Notes: generated by a model not told the origin, from the letters alone. A stretch of 64,000 bases of DNA from Methanotrichaceae archaeon (GCA_963803145.1 CAWDLW010000017.1:1-64000), one strand, 5' to 3'; shown: positions 19,914 to 30,979, counted from the stretch's first letter. Made by a program: numbers and translations.

Positions 19914-20231
19914 ATGAGGCCCTTAGTGATATTATTAGCTATGTTCATCTTGGCGACTTCTACTTCGGCTGCTTTAAATTTATCAGGCTCAAATGGCAAA
20001 ACTATCTTGGCAGATCTGCAAAACACGTCTAATAAGACCCCAATTCCTAATAATTCCAGCGGTTTCTGGAGCTGGGGGACGGTTCCAGAAGGTCATGCAG
20101 TACAGAATGGCAGCATTGTTGATAAACCCCTCAATATTGTTCTCAATACAGGCGAAGATAGTGGAGCGATGGAAACGCCTGCTCAGGCTATGGGATTGAG
20201 TGATTCTATTGTGAACGGCTTTATGGAGTAA
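19914..20231 (+). CDS. Secreted hypothetical protein
   Basis: Signal peptide MRPLVILLAMFILATSTSA; N-x-S/T sequons; WSWG.VP.G motif. Confidence 0.7.
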   Translation: MRPLVILLAMFILATSTSAALNLSGSNGKTILADLQNTSNKTPIPNNSSGFWSWGTVPEGHAVQNGSIVDKPLNIVLNTGEDSGAMETPAQAMGLSDSIVNGFME

Positions 20232-21023
20232 TTAGTTGGAGACCAATCCCTTAGATAGTCTCTAAGTTCTTTCTTTAATTTTATATCTGCAGCTAGCGCT
20301 AATAAAGCCTGTTTGCTGCCTATGCGGACAGGTCCAGAGATTCAGTAGCAACCCCCGACCGAGAGTGCTTATCTTTAAGCTCACTTTTCTTCTGGCTACT
20401 ATTTGCCGCCCGAAATTTACATACTCGATTGAGATCCAGACGAAGCACGAACAGCTCTATGTGTTCTTTCATAATCGATTCATCTACTTTATGTACACTG
20501 ACGTTTATAATAATTAATTCTTAATATATAAGCATGCACTAATATATTATTAGAATCGACAATCAGGCAACAAAAAACAAAGTTGTTCGTTATATTTTTA
20601 TACACCAATATCGTTTTGTTGTCTTTTTTCACTGTTATCTATCCTATCGCCTTCAAGCGATTTTTAGGCTTGCCCCTAGGATACATTATGCTCTGAGATC
20701 CTAATATCAGATCGTTTTGAAAATTAATTTTTGTAGATTTTTCGCCAGATTGTCCAAGTCTTGAGTATTCATCTTGGGATCATTGCTGGCTGAGATGAGC
20801 TTTTTGAGAGAAGAGCTTGCTGATTTTAGCTATGATAAATGAAATTCCGCTGCATAACTCCAATCACTATCATACTCACTTGACTTAGGCGACCCATCTA
20901 AAAACCTAGTAATATTGGGATTATTGGGATTTATATCAGATATACTGATATCATTTCCGGTCTTAAAATTCTTATTTAAAACCTTCAGACTACTTTATTT
21001 AGTATCATGAGTCAGTAATTAAT

Positions 21024-21218
21024 ATGTATTCTATTAAGAGCTTTATGAAACGGGGTTATTGTCCGAGTTGCAATAGATACTATGTCGTGTCTGTGAACGA
21101 TTGCTGCACTGAATGCGGTGGCAACTTGAAGACATATGAACGGCCAATGAATAGCGGAAAGGCGGATAAACCGAAAATATTTTTGGCACTTGGGCCTCCT
21201 CTCGATCCGGTCGTATGA
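21024..21218 (+). CDS. Small zinc-ribbon protein
   Basis: CPSC...CTECGG. Confidence 0.55.
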   Translation: MYSIKSFMKRGYCPSCNRYYVVSVNDCCTECGGNLKTYERPMNSGKADKPKIFLALGPPLDPVV

Positions 21219-21905
21219 AAAGTATAAAAAGTATAAAGCGATCTTAGAAAATGTTCTGGATATGCTGCACCCATTTAGATCAAATCTAAATTTGATCGAA
21301 CTAATTTAATGGGTGAATTTTTAGCGCTTTGTCTTCCTCAACTCGCGAACTTCTGCCTCGACGGTCATCATGAACTATAATTCATCCGATTCTTTTTTAT
21401 AGTGTGCAGTTTGATTATGTTATGTCCATAGCTGGCGGAAAATCGATATGCTTAAAAATATAGGCATGCCAAAGAGGCGAGCTTTTTCGCAGTGTTTTGG
21501 TAAGCTTGTAATGGCTTGTGGATTGAATCATAAATTGCAAGGGTATATCCTTCTAGGCGCGCTCCCTAAATACTTCCTTATACAATGTACCAGTTTCAAG
21601 CGAAGGGATGATCTATAGCCCTCTGCCATACCTCTCCTACCTTATCCCTTCGCTTACCGGATAAATTTTATGGCTTAAGGTTAATGCTAGCTGCTCTTAA
21701 GATGGCGATATCAAGGGAGATCATATCAGCGATGTTCAATGCAAATCTTTCTGATTTAGCCGCAATAGTCCAATAGTATGCTTTGAATTGAGTGCTGTAC
21801 CTAGGGTACTACATAGAACCAATACATAAGGGAAAAGTTAATAAATAATGAAGATACATAACGTTTAACAGTTAATAAATACACATCAAAAGGAGCGTGG
21901 AGTGT

Positions 21906-22007
21906 ATGGCTGAGAATACACGGGTCAACGTGTTCCCTGTATTCATAGGAGCGGCGGTACTATTCGTTCTCGTGATCGTCCTGCTTTCTATGTGGGGCAG
22001 AATTTAG
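21906..22007 (+). CDS. 33-aa single-TM small protein
   Basis: MAENTRVNVFPVFIGAAVLFVLVIVLLSMWGRI after GGAGTG. Confidence 0.5.
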   Translation: MAENTRVNVFPVFIGAAVLFVLVIVLLSMWGRI

Positions 22008-22132
22008 GCAAAATTAGAAGTGATGATTTTTTTAAGGATATACCCCATGTTATAATAGAGCGTGCGGTATTTGTCCATTCGCATATAATGCGTCTTCTCT
22101 TGAAATTGAATCGACCATAGCGATTTGGATTG

Positions 22133-24088
22133 CTAACCCATAACTTGCCAAGTAAAAACAAATGCCACCTCCCCCCAGGCCTTCTCCATCAGCTTCCCAT
22201 AGTACCCAGCATCGAACCTCGAAGCCACTCTGGCTGGATCCACCTCCCACCTGGCGGCATTCTTTATCACATAGCTTATCTCCATGCCTGGGGCCAAAGT
22301 AATCCCGCGCCTCCTGTAAGCCTGAACAGCCGAAGCCTCGGCGCACCTATGGGAGTAGCTTAGCCTGCTTACCCTGCGACAAATGGCTAGCTCCCCCACA
22401 TCTGCATTCTCCAGGCCCTCAAAGTATCTCCTTCGTACCTCCTGGGCTTTGGGCTCTATAAGGTGTAGCTCCTCCAGGCTCTTTGCCTCAGCCAACACAT
22501 CGAACAGTTCCTGCTGCATTTTCTTGATGTACTCAGGTGTGTCTCCCTTCCTGGTAGCCACTCCTCGAACCTTCATCTTGCCTGTAGTCAGCCGTCCGAA
22601 GTATCGATTGTAGGCTCCTGAGCCATCGGCCATTGGGAGGAATGTGATCCAATTGTAGGAGTCAACCTCCGTTAAGATGCCCGTCTCCCTCTCTACGGCC
22701 TCCTTATAGCTAGAGATTGGCTCTCCTTTGACCCATAGACAATCCACTATTCCATGCAGAACCTCAAAGCCCATGTCCTCAGCCATGCCTTTAATCTGCA
22801 TCAGCAGCTCTCTGGAGAGGGCCGTGATGCTTTCGTGCACCTGTATCTGGCCGAACTTGGCGTTCCTGTAGCCGGTGTAGCCAAAACATGTAACCAGCAT
22901 CCACTTGAGCACTGAATCTAAGCCCGCATACTCAGGGTCGATCTTTTTCAGCCTCTTGGTCTCGATCCTCAAGTTTAGCAATGATGCAAGAACAGTGCTC
23001 AAGAAGCCCTTTTTCTCAGGATGCTCAATCGTCTCAGGCGAGAGGTTGTACTTGACTATGATCGAAGGATAGAGCGAGGTGAAGTCGATCTGGTGGATTT
23101 TTTCGTACACTCCGGGATCCGGCTGGAAGATCATGCCTCCCTTATCTGCCGCCCTCAGCTCACAGATATTCCTCGCCGCCTCTGCATCCCTTTTCCTGAA
23201 GGGCACAGCGATTCCCCGGCGCAGGGCCTCGTAGACCTCGTAGCTTGAGATCAGAGTTCCGGGAGTGAACCTCGATGTCAGGTTGGGTGAAAGTCCAGTC
23301 AGCCTTGATGCAAGGAGCACACCTTTCAGCCCGCTTTCACCGTAGATGAAGCTCTTGGCTGTATCAATGAGTATTCGGCCTTCTGGTATCAGGGCGCCTT
23401 CCTTATGCTTTACCTGGCCGTAGCTCCAATATGATTTGGAGGCCATCTGCTTGAAGAATCCAGTGCGGCTAATGGTCTGTTCTAGGCCAAGCCTCCTGGC
23501 CTTATGGATTACAAGTGGGATCCAGGTATCTGCATGAGGAAGGAGGATGATATCAGGATCGTGTGCCTTGATAAACTCCAGTAGGTCTGATACCACCTGC
23601 TCCTCTGGGCCTTCAAGCCTCCTCTTGCGTTTGCCCAGGACCTCAACGCAGGATATCTCCCTGGCCAGGCTGGGGTCACCCAGGACCTGCAGCTCCATGA
23701 TGCTCAGTGGGATCTCAAAATCTGGAGAAAAGCGAGACTCATCTCTACTGCCGCAGGGGAAGATGTCATGCTCTGCCATGTATCGCTGATCCTGCCGGAC
23801 ATCGACATTGTAGAGTTCGGCGGCGTAATTGGTCTGTATCTCGATCTTTTCTGCTACTGATCTGTCGGCGTAGATCCTGTAGCCCTCGAAGACTCCATAG
23901 ATGGTCCTGAAGCTGCACTCCTCAGCTCTGTAGCGCCTCTCCAGGGCATCGATCATCTCCCTATGGGCAGCAGGGTCTTTGAGGTGCATGTAGAAGCAGG
24001 GAGGATAGGCGGTGCTGGTGCTGGTGAGCCTCTTGTCTCTGCCCCACAGTTCAACACAGCCCTTGTAGTAGCAATCGAAGATCCACGT
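22133..24088 (-). CDS. polB2: Family B DNA polymerase, PolB2 type; likely start codon is ACG
   Basis: DFTSLYPSII, KWMLVTCFGY, motif C HGIVDC; frame open 33 codons upstream of 23989 to ACG-TGG-ATC after GGAGGG. Confidence 0.88.
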   Translation of the reverse strand, partial: TWIFDCYYKGCVELWGRDKRLTSTSTAYPPCFYMHLKDPAAHREMIDALERRYRAEECSFRTIYGVFEGYRIYADRSVAEKIEIQTNYAAELYNVDVRQDQRYMAEHDIFPCGSRDESRFSPDFEIPLSIMELQVLGDPSLAREISCVEVLGKRKRRLEGPEEQVVSDLLEFIKAHDPDIILLPHADTWIPLVIHKARRLGLEQTISRTGFFKQMASKSYWSYGQVKHKEGALIPEGRILIDTAKSFIYGESGLKGVLLASRLTGLSPNLTSRFTPGTLISSYEVYEALRRGIAVPFRKRDAEAARNICELRAADKGGMIFQPDPGVYEKIHQIDFTSLYPSIIVKYNLSPETIEHPEKKGFLSTVLASLLNLRIETKRLKKIDPEYAGLDSVLKWMLVTCFGYTGYRNAKFGQIQVHESITALSRELLMQIKGMAEDMGFEVLHGIVDCLWVKGEPISSYKEAVERETGILTEVDSYNWITFLPMADGSGAYNRYFGRLTTGKMKVRGVATRKGDTPEYIKKMQQELFDVLAEAKSLEELHLIEPKAQEVRRRYFEGLENADVGELAICRRVSRLSYSHRCAEASAVQAYRRRGITLAPGMEISYVIKNAARWEVDPARVASRFDAGYYGKLMEKAWGEVAFVFTWQVMG

Positions 24089-24258
24089 ATTTTCCCTCCC
24101 ACCCCTAGCAAATCTCCCCTCAGAGGTATGGCGGGCACGAGGCTAAAAATGTCGGGCATGTGTGCGGAGTGAATGTGATAAGAGAATCGGAAATGATATC
24201 AAATCAAAGATGTGCTGACCTATTTTCAACTCACACTATTTTTATCTTCTAAATTTTA

Positions 24259-27200
24259 TTATTTGTTGTGGATAATATTGCGCAATAGAGTTGCGAGATT
24301 GTCAATCTTCACAGGCTTTGCTATGTAACCATCCATGCCAGCTTCCAGACACTTTTCTTGATCACCATCCATTGCGAAGGCTGTGATGGCCACTATCTTC
24401 GGCCCATTATCAGGCCAACGCTTTCTTATCTCCTTTGTAGCAGTGAGCCCGTCCATCTCAGGCATCTTGATATCCATGAAGATCAGATCGTATGGCCGGA
24501 TTTGGAGGGCCTGCAGAACCTCACAGCCATCAGCTACTGCATCGGGCCTGTAGCCCAGACGTTTCAGCATTGCGACGAGAACTCTCTGATTTGAAGGGTT
24601 ATCCTCGGCTACGAGAATGCTCAGTGGCTTTTGAGCCGAGAGGTTCTCGTAGGCAGCAGCTTTATCCTTCTCACCTACGTCTAATTGTTTTCCTGGAATA
24701 GTCTCTGCCTGAATAGTGAATCTGAAAGTAGAGCCTTTGCCTTCTTCACTTTCGGCCCAGATCTCTCCGCCCATGAGTTCCACAAGCTTCTTACAGATGG
24801 AGAGTCCGAGTCCTGCGCCATCACGCTTGCGGCTTATTACATATTCAAGCTGAGTAAATGGTTGGAAGAGCCTATCCATTTTCTCCTGAGGCATTCCAAT
24901 GCCTGTATCTTTGACTGCAAACGTTATCTGGCGCTTGTTGCCTTCGAGAGCTTTGGAGGATACAGATATCGATATCTCTCCATTATCTGTAAATTTGACA
25001 GCATTACTAAGCAAATTGGCTAGAACCTGTCGAAGCCTTCCAGGATCACCAATGATAGTATCCGGTGTTCCGTAGTTGATGGTATAAGCAAGGTTCAGGC
25101 CCTTATCGTTGGCCTGCATTGCCACCATACTCATTGACTCCTCAATGCAATGCTTGATGCTTAACGGCTGGTGCTCCAGCGTTATCTTCTCCTTCTCAGC
25201 CTTGGAAAACTCCAGGATATCGCTGATTAGGGCCAGGAGAGCTTCACCGCCCACCCTGATTCTCTCAATATACTCCTTCTGATCCTGGGTGAGGTTATCT
25301 TCCAAGAGTAGGCTTGAGAAGCCTATAACAGCATTCAGAGGTGTCCTTAGCTCATGGCTCATATTTGCAAGGAAAGCGGCCTTGGCCTCGATTGCAGCCT
25401 CTGCTGCCGCTTTAGCCTTCAATAAATCTTTCTCTGTCTCTTCGTGCTCCAAGATCTCAGCATGAAGCTGTTGATTGATTTCTTCAAGGTTCTCTTTTGC
25501 CTCAGATAGCTCAAAGGTTCTCTCTCTGATTCTAAGCTCTAGCTCATTACGGGCTTTTTGTAGCTCTTCAGTCGTGGACCTTAGCTCCTCATTACTTGCG
25601 GCCAACTCCTCATTGACAGCAGCCAGCTGCTCATTAGCCTCCTGAAGATCCCTTGAATGCACTTCTAGTTCTTGTAGCAGACTCTGCCGTTCCTCCTCAG
25701 CCTTCTTGCGCTCGGAGATGTCAGCAGAGATGCCGGCTATCGCGTATATTCTCCCCCGCGCGTCCCGAAGTGGGAACTTCGTCGTAAGCCATGTAATCGA
25801 GCGGCCCTTGAGCTGGCTATACTCCTCGAACTCTAGTGCCCTCCCCGCCTCCATCACCTGGCGATCGTTTGCCTCATGCCAGTCTGCATCATCCTTGGGC
25901 ATGAACTCGTGCCGTCTCTTTCCGATCATCTGCTCCGGCGTCGAGTTGAGGAGCTCTGCCGTGGCGGTATTCGCCAGCAGAAAGCGTTCTTCCAGATCGA
26001 AGGCATAGATAACGGCCGGTGTGTTGTCGATGATGCTCTGGACCTGCCTACGAGCCGAAGCCACCGCCTCTTCCGCCTTCTTGCGTTCTGTGATATCTCG
26101 TGCGATGCCTATTATACCGATGATCTCGCCACTATCGTTGCGGTAAGGTGTTTTAGTGGATAGATAAGTTCTGTAGCCATCAGGCGTCTGGGCTACCTCT
26201 TCGATCACCTCAGTTTGGCCAGACTCCATTATCCGTCGATCGTTCGCCATAATGGTCTCCCCAATCTCCGGATCATCGTAGAACTCACGATCGCACTTGC
26301 CCATGATAGATTCACGGGGCTTGCCGATCATTTGAATCAAGGCAGGATTCGCAAAGATAATGCGACTCCTCAAGTCCTTGACAAAAACTAGATCGGTGGT
26401 GTCATCGGTAATGGCACGCAGGAGAGCTTGGCCTTCCCGTAGAGCCTCCTCTGCCAGCTTTCGCTCGGTGATATCGAAGAACGACGCCACGGCCCCAAGC
26501 AGGTTTTCGCTATCATCATATACCGGCTGTGCGTTCACCAGTCGCCATCTTAACTTCCCATCAGACGTTGGGACACCCATTTCAACATCCTGCACAGCCT
26601 GCCCAGTACGAAGTGCTACTATCGCTGGTTGTTCATCAACCGGGAAAAGTGTGCCATCTGGTCGGATTATTTGCCAACGTGGATCGAGTTTGGGATCGGC
26701 TAACTCCTCCAGAGTATGACCATGTATGCGTTGTACAGCATCGTTAACCTCTTCCACATCGCCTTTAGTGTTGAGGAAGACGATGCCTTCTGAGAGGGAT
26801 CTAAAGACGGCACGGAGTTTCGCTTCACTCTTGCGAAATGCTTCTTCGGCCTTCTTGCGCTCAGTGACATCCTGATAGGTACATATTAAAAGTTCGATTT
26901 TGCCATCCGGTTTGAGAACTGGTTCGGCGCTGATTTGCATCCAAATTAGATCACCGCCCTTGGGCAGTCTCACGCCCACAAGCTTGTTCCTGATAGGTTT
27001 GCCAGTCATTGCTGCCTTTCGGACGGGATGATTATCAACGTGCAGCAATGTGCCGTCTTCTTCGTATACCTGCCAATCACTCCAATTCTGGTCATTGACA
27101 TTTTTTATGTCAGTATCTTCTGATAGGCCAAACATCTTCAGGAATGCAGGATTGTATATTGTGAACTTGCTGGATTCATCTACAAGCGCCACGCCAGAAC

Positions 27201-27759
27201 TCAAGTTTTCGATAAGCGCCTTAAACTGCCCTTCGCTCTTTCTAAGCGCCTCCACCATTTTCTTGCGCTCTGTGATATCCATGAAGATAACCGCAAACTG
27301 GCGAGGCGCAGGGCTATAAGCGAAAACCTCGTAATGCCTTTTAAGTGCTGGAGAATAGTTTTCGAACTGTGTAGGCTTACCTGTGAGAGCAACGGCACCA
27401 TATTCCCTAACCCAGCGTGGATCATCGTCAGGCAAGATCTCGTTATGTGATCTACCTATCACATCCTTCCGTTTAAGGCCAGTAAGCCGCTCGAAGGCTG
27501 GGTTAATATCTAAAAATCGAAAATCAGCAGGCGTACCATTTTCATCGCAGATGACCTCATGTAAAGCAAATCCTTCAGTCATACCATTGAAGAGTCTACG
27601 ATAGCGCTCCTCGCTTTCTTGTAGCTCCGACTGAGCGCGCATGAGCTCATCGTTCCGCTGTATAAGCTCCTCATCAGCAGCCGATAGCTCCTCAAGGCTG
27701 GCCTGAAGACTCTCCAAAGTATCGGATAGGATTTTAGCCGCATTTGCTGGATTGCTCAC
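24259..27759 (-). CDS. Hybrid sensor histidine kinase with five PAS domains and a receiver domain
   Basis: Repeated DITERK linkers, HELRTPL H-box, DTGIG/GLGL G-boxes, DIKMP receiver. Confidence 0.95.
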   Translation of the reverse strand: MSNPANAAKILSDTLESLQASLEELSAADEELIQRNDELMRAQSELQESEERYRRLFNGMTEGFALHEVICDENGTPADFRFLDINPAFERLTGLKRKDVIGRSHNEILPDDDPRWVREYGAVALTGKPTQFENYSPALKRHYEVFAYSPAPRQFAVIFMDITERKKMVEALRKSEGQFKALIENLSSGVALVDESSKFTIYNPAFLKMFGLSEDTDIKNVNDQNWSDWQVYEEDGTLLHVDNHPVRKAAMTGKPIRNKLVGVRLPKGGDLIWMQISAEPVLKPDGKIELLICTYQDVTERKKAEEAFRKSEAKLRAVFRSLSEGIVFLNTKGDVEEVNDAVQRIHGHTLEELADPKLDPRWQIIRPDGTLFPVDEQPAIVALRTGQAVQDVEMGVPTSDGKLRWRLVNAQPVYDDSENLLGAVASFFDITERKLAEEALREGQALLRAITDDTTDLVFVKDLRSRIIFANPALIQMIGKPRESIMGKCDREFYDDPEIGETIMANDRRIMESGQTEVIEEVAQTPDGYRTYLSTKTPYRNDSGEIIGIIGIARDITERKKAEEAVASARRQVQSIIDNTPAVIYAFDLEERFLLANTATAELLNSTPEQMIGKRRHEFMPKDDADWHEANDRQVMEAGRALEFEEYSQLKGRSITWLTTKFPLRDARGRIYAIAGISADISERKKAEEERQSLLQELEVHSRDLQEANEQLAAVNEELAASNEELRSTTEELQKARNELELRIRERTFELSEAKENLEEINQQLHAEILEHEETEKDLLKAKAAAEAAIEAKAAFLANMSHELRTPLNAVIGFSSLLLEDNLTQDQKEYIERIRVGGEALLALISDILEFSKAEKEKITLEHQPLSIKHCIEESMSMVAMQANDKGLNLAYTINYGTPDTIIGDPGRLRQVLANLLSNAVKFTDNGEISISVSSKALEGNKRQITFAVKDTGIGMPQEKMDRLFQPFTQLEYVISRKRDGAGLGLSICKKLVELMGGEIWAESEEGKGSTFRFTIQAETIPGKQLDVGEKDKAAAYENLSAQKPLSILVAEDNPSNQRVLVAMLKRLGYRPDAVADGCEVLQALQIRPYDLIFMDIKMPEMDGLTATKEIRKRWPDNGPKIVAITAFAMDGDQEKCLEAGMDGYIAKPVKIDNLATLLRNIIHNK

Positions 27760-27967
27760 ACATTTTGCCTGGAGTTCCTCTAATCGCAGGGAAAGCTCGG
27801 AGGTCTTTTGGGAAAGGTTATCAATCGCATTTCGACACCGGCACTAACTGAAACTCATAATTACGGTTATTATCTATAATTTTCCCTCCAGTTACAGTCA
27901 TTCAGCCAGTACTGAGAGTTAGGAACAAAACTGGAGGTGTTTAAGATTCACCACCATCTGAGGAACT

Positions 27968-28198
27968 TTATTTTGCTATGGCCTGATCCCTTCTCTTCAT
28001 CTCCACCAGCACCGAAAACACCGCCGCCTCTAAGGGATCATCCAGCGCATAGAATGCCTCGCTTGAATGCTTCTTGGCCATCTCAGCAACCATCTGCCCG
28101 TATATCTGGTCCTCTTTCTTCAGCGCCTTTGAAGCCTTCATTCATCTGGCCGAGACATCCTTCACGGCCATTCTAATGCTCCCAAAGCTCCTGCCCAT
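27968..28198 (-). pseudogene. PolB2-associated small helical protein with a nonsense codon
   Basis: MGRSFGSIRMAVKDVSAR*MKASKALKKEDQ...DDPLEAAVFSVLVEM. Confidence 0.7.
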
Positions 28199-28200
28199 AG

Positions 28201-28431
28201 CTATTCACCCAGGCAGAAGGCAACGGGCCATAATCCATCAGATGCCGGCATTTGCTCCACAGCCCAACTCCTCTCCTCAAGCCTGCTCTTGATTATCTCC
28301 TCAATATCCTCAGGCCTAGCATGGAATATCTCGGCCAGGATCTCCTTGGCTGCCTGGAGCTCCAGGATCCTAGTGTTGACCTTCTTTTTGGGCTCTAGGG
28401 GCCTGGCCTCACGCCTATGCCACAGGATCAT
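28201..28431 (-). CDS. Small hypothetical protein of the PolB2 operon
   Basis: Overlaps the upstream gene at ATGA; 76 aa. Confidence 0.65.
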   Translation of the reverse strand: MILWHRREARPLEPKKKVNTRILELQAAKEILAEIFHARPEDIEEIIKSRLEERSWAVEQMPASDGLWPVAFCLGE

Positions 28432-28941
28432 GAGAATGCCTCCAGCGTCGTCTGGCTCTTCTGAGCTCTCGGATTAGCCTTTGCTACAACTCTCGCCTCA
28501 GCCCTCGGTCCTTCATCGAAGTAAAACACCCTGTCGGCATTCTTGACCAGCTCCTCAAGGTAAGGGTCTGCTCCTGGTGCATAGAGCAGCACAGCCGCCT
28601 CATTCGAAGCCACTCTCATGGCCTGGGAGACGTATTCAGTCATCTCTTGGGCATTTTCGTATAGTAGGGGATCATGCTCTATTATCACAATCGTATGGTG
28701 ATTCTGCTCAAGAACTGTCATGAGCTGGAAGACGGTGAAGGCCCTGCGAACATCCAGGGCCTCGAACTTGCGGTCCAGGCTGCTGAGGATTGAGGAATAG
28801 TTCCCGCAGACGTAGATCACATTGAACCTCTGCAGGTTGAGATGACTATTAAGGGCCTGTGATGAACATCTCCCTTGGGGCCAGGAGGGCGTTGAAGGAC
28901 CTGGATCTGAGGGTTATTGTGGGGTATAACTCAAAGTTTAT
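28428..28941 (-). pseudogene. Degenerate RadA/RecA-fold protein of the PolB2 operon, frameshifted
   Basis: RRAFTVFQL motif; N-terminal FELYPTITL..FNALLAP in another frame; ATA at the expected start. Confidence 0.7.
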
Positions 28942-29036
28942 ACTAATAGATGGATACTTCAGGGATTAAAGGATGAGGCGAGTGTGCAGCGTGAAAGTAT
29001 GAACGGGTTAGGTTCGCTGTATATTTACCGCACATT

Positions 29037-30059
29037 CTATCTGAGCATAGTCTTGCTCAACGTCACGAGGAACAGAGCCATCAGCAGCCACCCAACAAGC
29101 GTCTCCGTAACCGTCAAGTATTCGTAGGACCCGTCGATGATCAGGTTCTGGGGACTTTTGCCAAGGAACTCCATTGTGCTGAAGTAGAATGCATCCTTCA
29201 AAGTGGATTGTGTCTGGTGTGATGCAAGTGCTGCACCATCGAACTTCACCGCATTGCCCAACCAGAAGATGCCTGTAAAGAGGATAATGATTGTGATGGC
29301 GAGCATTACTGTATGCGATGGACGAACGCCATAGCCGCAGGAGGCCCATGCTAGGCGATCCAGTAGCTTTGGCATCTTAGCTGATGCTCGTGCCTGCTTC
29401 TCTTTTCTGTACTGATAGTAGCAGTCATCCCCATCCTCGAACTGCTCGAGGTTCCTGAAGTTCTTCGTCAGAGCCAGATAAACAGAGCCGTTGTACGGCA
29501 GATGGTCCTTTATCGTGTCCCAGCGAACCGCTATGCGGTTGAAATCAAGGTCCTTCAGATATATGCTCGATCCATGTTCAAACGTTGCGTCGGATAGATG
29601 AATAGTGTAGGTATTTGCATTTGCAAGGTTCAGGTTTTGGTGGAAGTTCGAGCCACCGAACCCAGCATCGCCATTGAATTTAGTTCGTGAGAAGTTTGCC
29701 TCTGTCATGAACTCGGCACGTGAGAAGTTCGCCTCGCCCTGGAACTGTGCCTCAGAGAAGCCTGCATCTTCACAGAACTGTGAATCAGAGAAGTTTGTCG
29801 CCTTTGTGAAAACGGTGCCGTCGAAGTCCACAAGCCTGGAGAAGCTAGATCTGTCGAAAAATACATCGCCCTTGATCACAGAATATTCAATCTTAATTAT
29901 TGAACTGATGATCCTTCTTTTGTCCCTATTGACCGGCAGGTCGATCCTGTAAAGATCAAGGTCACCGAAGATGATCACATTCTCATATTCAACTGGCTTG
30001 CCCTCCTCAATCTTCTCCAGTATCTCCTCGGCCTTGATCATCAGCAGGCTATCCGACAT
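29037..30059 (-). CDS. Pentapeptide-repeat protein with C-terminal two-TM channel-like domain
   Basis: ANFS.A.F repeats, GYGVRP, AFYFS. Confidence 0.85.
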   Translation of the reverse strand: MSDSLLMIKAEEILEKIEEGKPVEYENVIIFGDLDLYRIDLPVNRDKRRIISSIIKIEYSVIKGDVFFDRSSFSRLVDFDGTVFTKATNFSDSQFCEDAGFSEAQFQGEANFSRAEFMTEANFSRTKFNGDAGFGGSNFHQNLNLANANTYTIHLSDATFEHGSSIYLKDLDFNRIAVRWDTIKDHLPYNGSVYLALTKNFRNLEQFEDGDDCYYQYRKEKQARASAKMPKLLDRLAWASCGYGVRPSHTVMLAITIIILFTGIFWLGNAVKFDGAALASHQTQSTLKDAFYFSTMEFLGKSPQNLIIDGSYEYLTVTETLVGWLLMALFLVTLSKTMLR

Positions 30060-30118
30060 AAGCAGAACCGATTATCGACGAAACGAGATATCTCTTGCGG
30101 TCAGCTTCTCTACTTAGG

Positions 30119-30787
30119 CTAAAACTCTCCAGATCGATTTGCCCCCAGAAGCATCTCGCCAACCCAGTCCCAATCATGGTCATAGATGTGCGCAGAGGCG
30201 CTTACTGTAGAGATGGAGCCGGGTATTGCGTCCACCTCCTTCGATACATTCTCCAGCAGCCTCGAAAGCCCATAGAGGTTTGCTGGATAAGCGCCAGCGA
30301 AATCGTGGCTCCTGAAGAAGACCTGCAGATTCAGCCGCCCATCACGGAGCTTAAAATCATCGACAATCATGCATGGAACCTCGTCCCGGCTCGTGTCCAC
30401 AGGAGGAATCCAGGTTACGGCTGTAGCCCTGCGTGTGGATGCCGATGCCCTCAGCCGATGTATCACCTGCTCAATCTGATCGACTGCTTCAGCACCAGGC
30501 AGGCTCCAGCTCCGAAGCCTTTCTCCATAGGTATACTCGAAGCCCGGGTTTACGCCGCAATAAAGCTGTAATGCGTACTCATCAAGGCGCTCCCGGTTCC
30601 AGGAATATTCGGTCGGGATCATATCACTGTAAGGATCCTCAACTATCACCTGAAGGCCGAGCATCTCCTTTATCCTAGTCCCTCGCTCGTCAGTTATCTC
30701 AGCACCTTGCCTCCAGATCAGATTGAGCCCACGGTGCCATGCATCTGATATCGTTCTGCCGCGAATGAGCCTGCCGATTTTAGCCAT
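30119..30787 (-). CDS. thyA: Thymidylate synthase, archaeal type
   Basis: YTYGERL, RRATAVTW, VPC, FRSHD, SAHIY. Confidence 0.93.
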   Translation of the reverse strand: MAKIGRLIRGRTISDAWHRGLNLIWRQGAEITDERGTRIKEMLGLQVIVEDPYSDMIPTEYSWNRERLDEYALQLYCGVNPGFEYTYGERLRSWSLPGAEAVDQIEQVIHRLRASASTRRATAVTWIPPVDTSRDEVPCMIVDDFKLRDGRLNLQVFFRSHDFAGAYPANLYGLSRLLENVSKEVDAIPGSISTVSASAHIYDHDWDWVGEMLLGANRSGEF

Positions 30788-30823
30788 GATCGGAGAAAAT
30801 GAATAAGGGAAAATAGAAACAGG

Positions 30824-30979
30824 CTATGCCTTCTTGCCCCCTATCTCCGCTAATGCTTCAGGCGGAAGGGCCTTGAGAATATCTATCTTTTTCGCGCAGC
30901 GCGTGGGTATGCCGTATTTCTTGGCGATGGGCCGCAGGTCGCTCATACTGTATCCCTTGGCAATCTCCTCTAGATCCAT
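30824..30979 (-). CDS. 51-aa basic helical protein (SAP/Rho-N-like)
   Basis: MDLEEIAKGYSMSDLRPIAKKYGIPTRCAKKIDILKAL..., hand-translated. Confidence 0.55.
   Translation of the reverse strand: MDLEEIAKGYSMSDLRPIAKKYGIPTRCAKKIDILKALPPEALAEIGGKKA

Noticed and set aside
22133-24088. PolB as a casposon or viral polymerase
   Set aside because: PolB2-type motif C and partner genes; no Cas1, terminal repeats or capsid genes.
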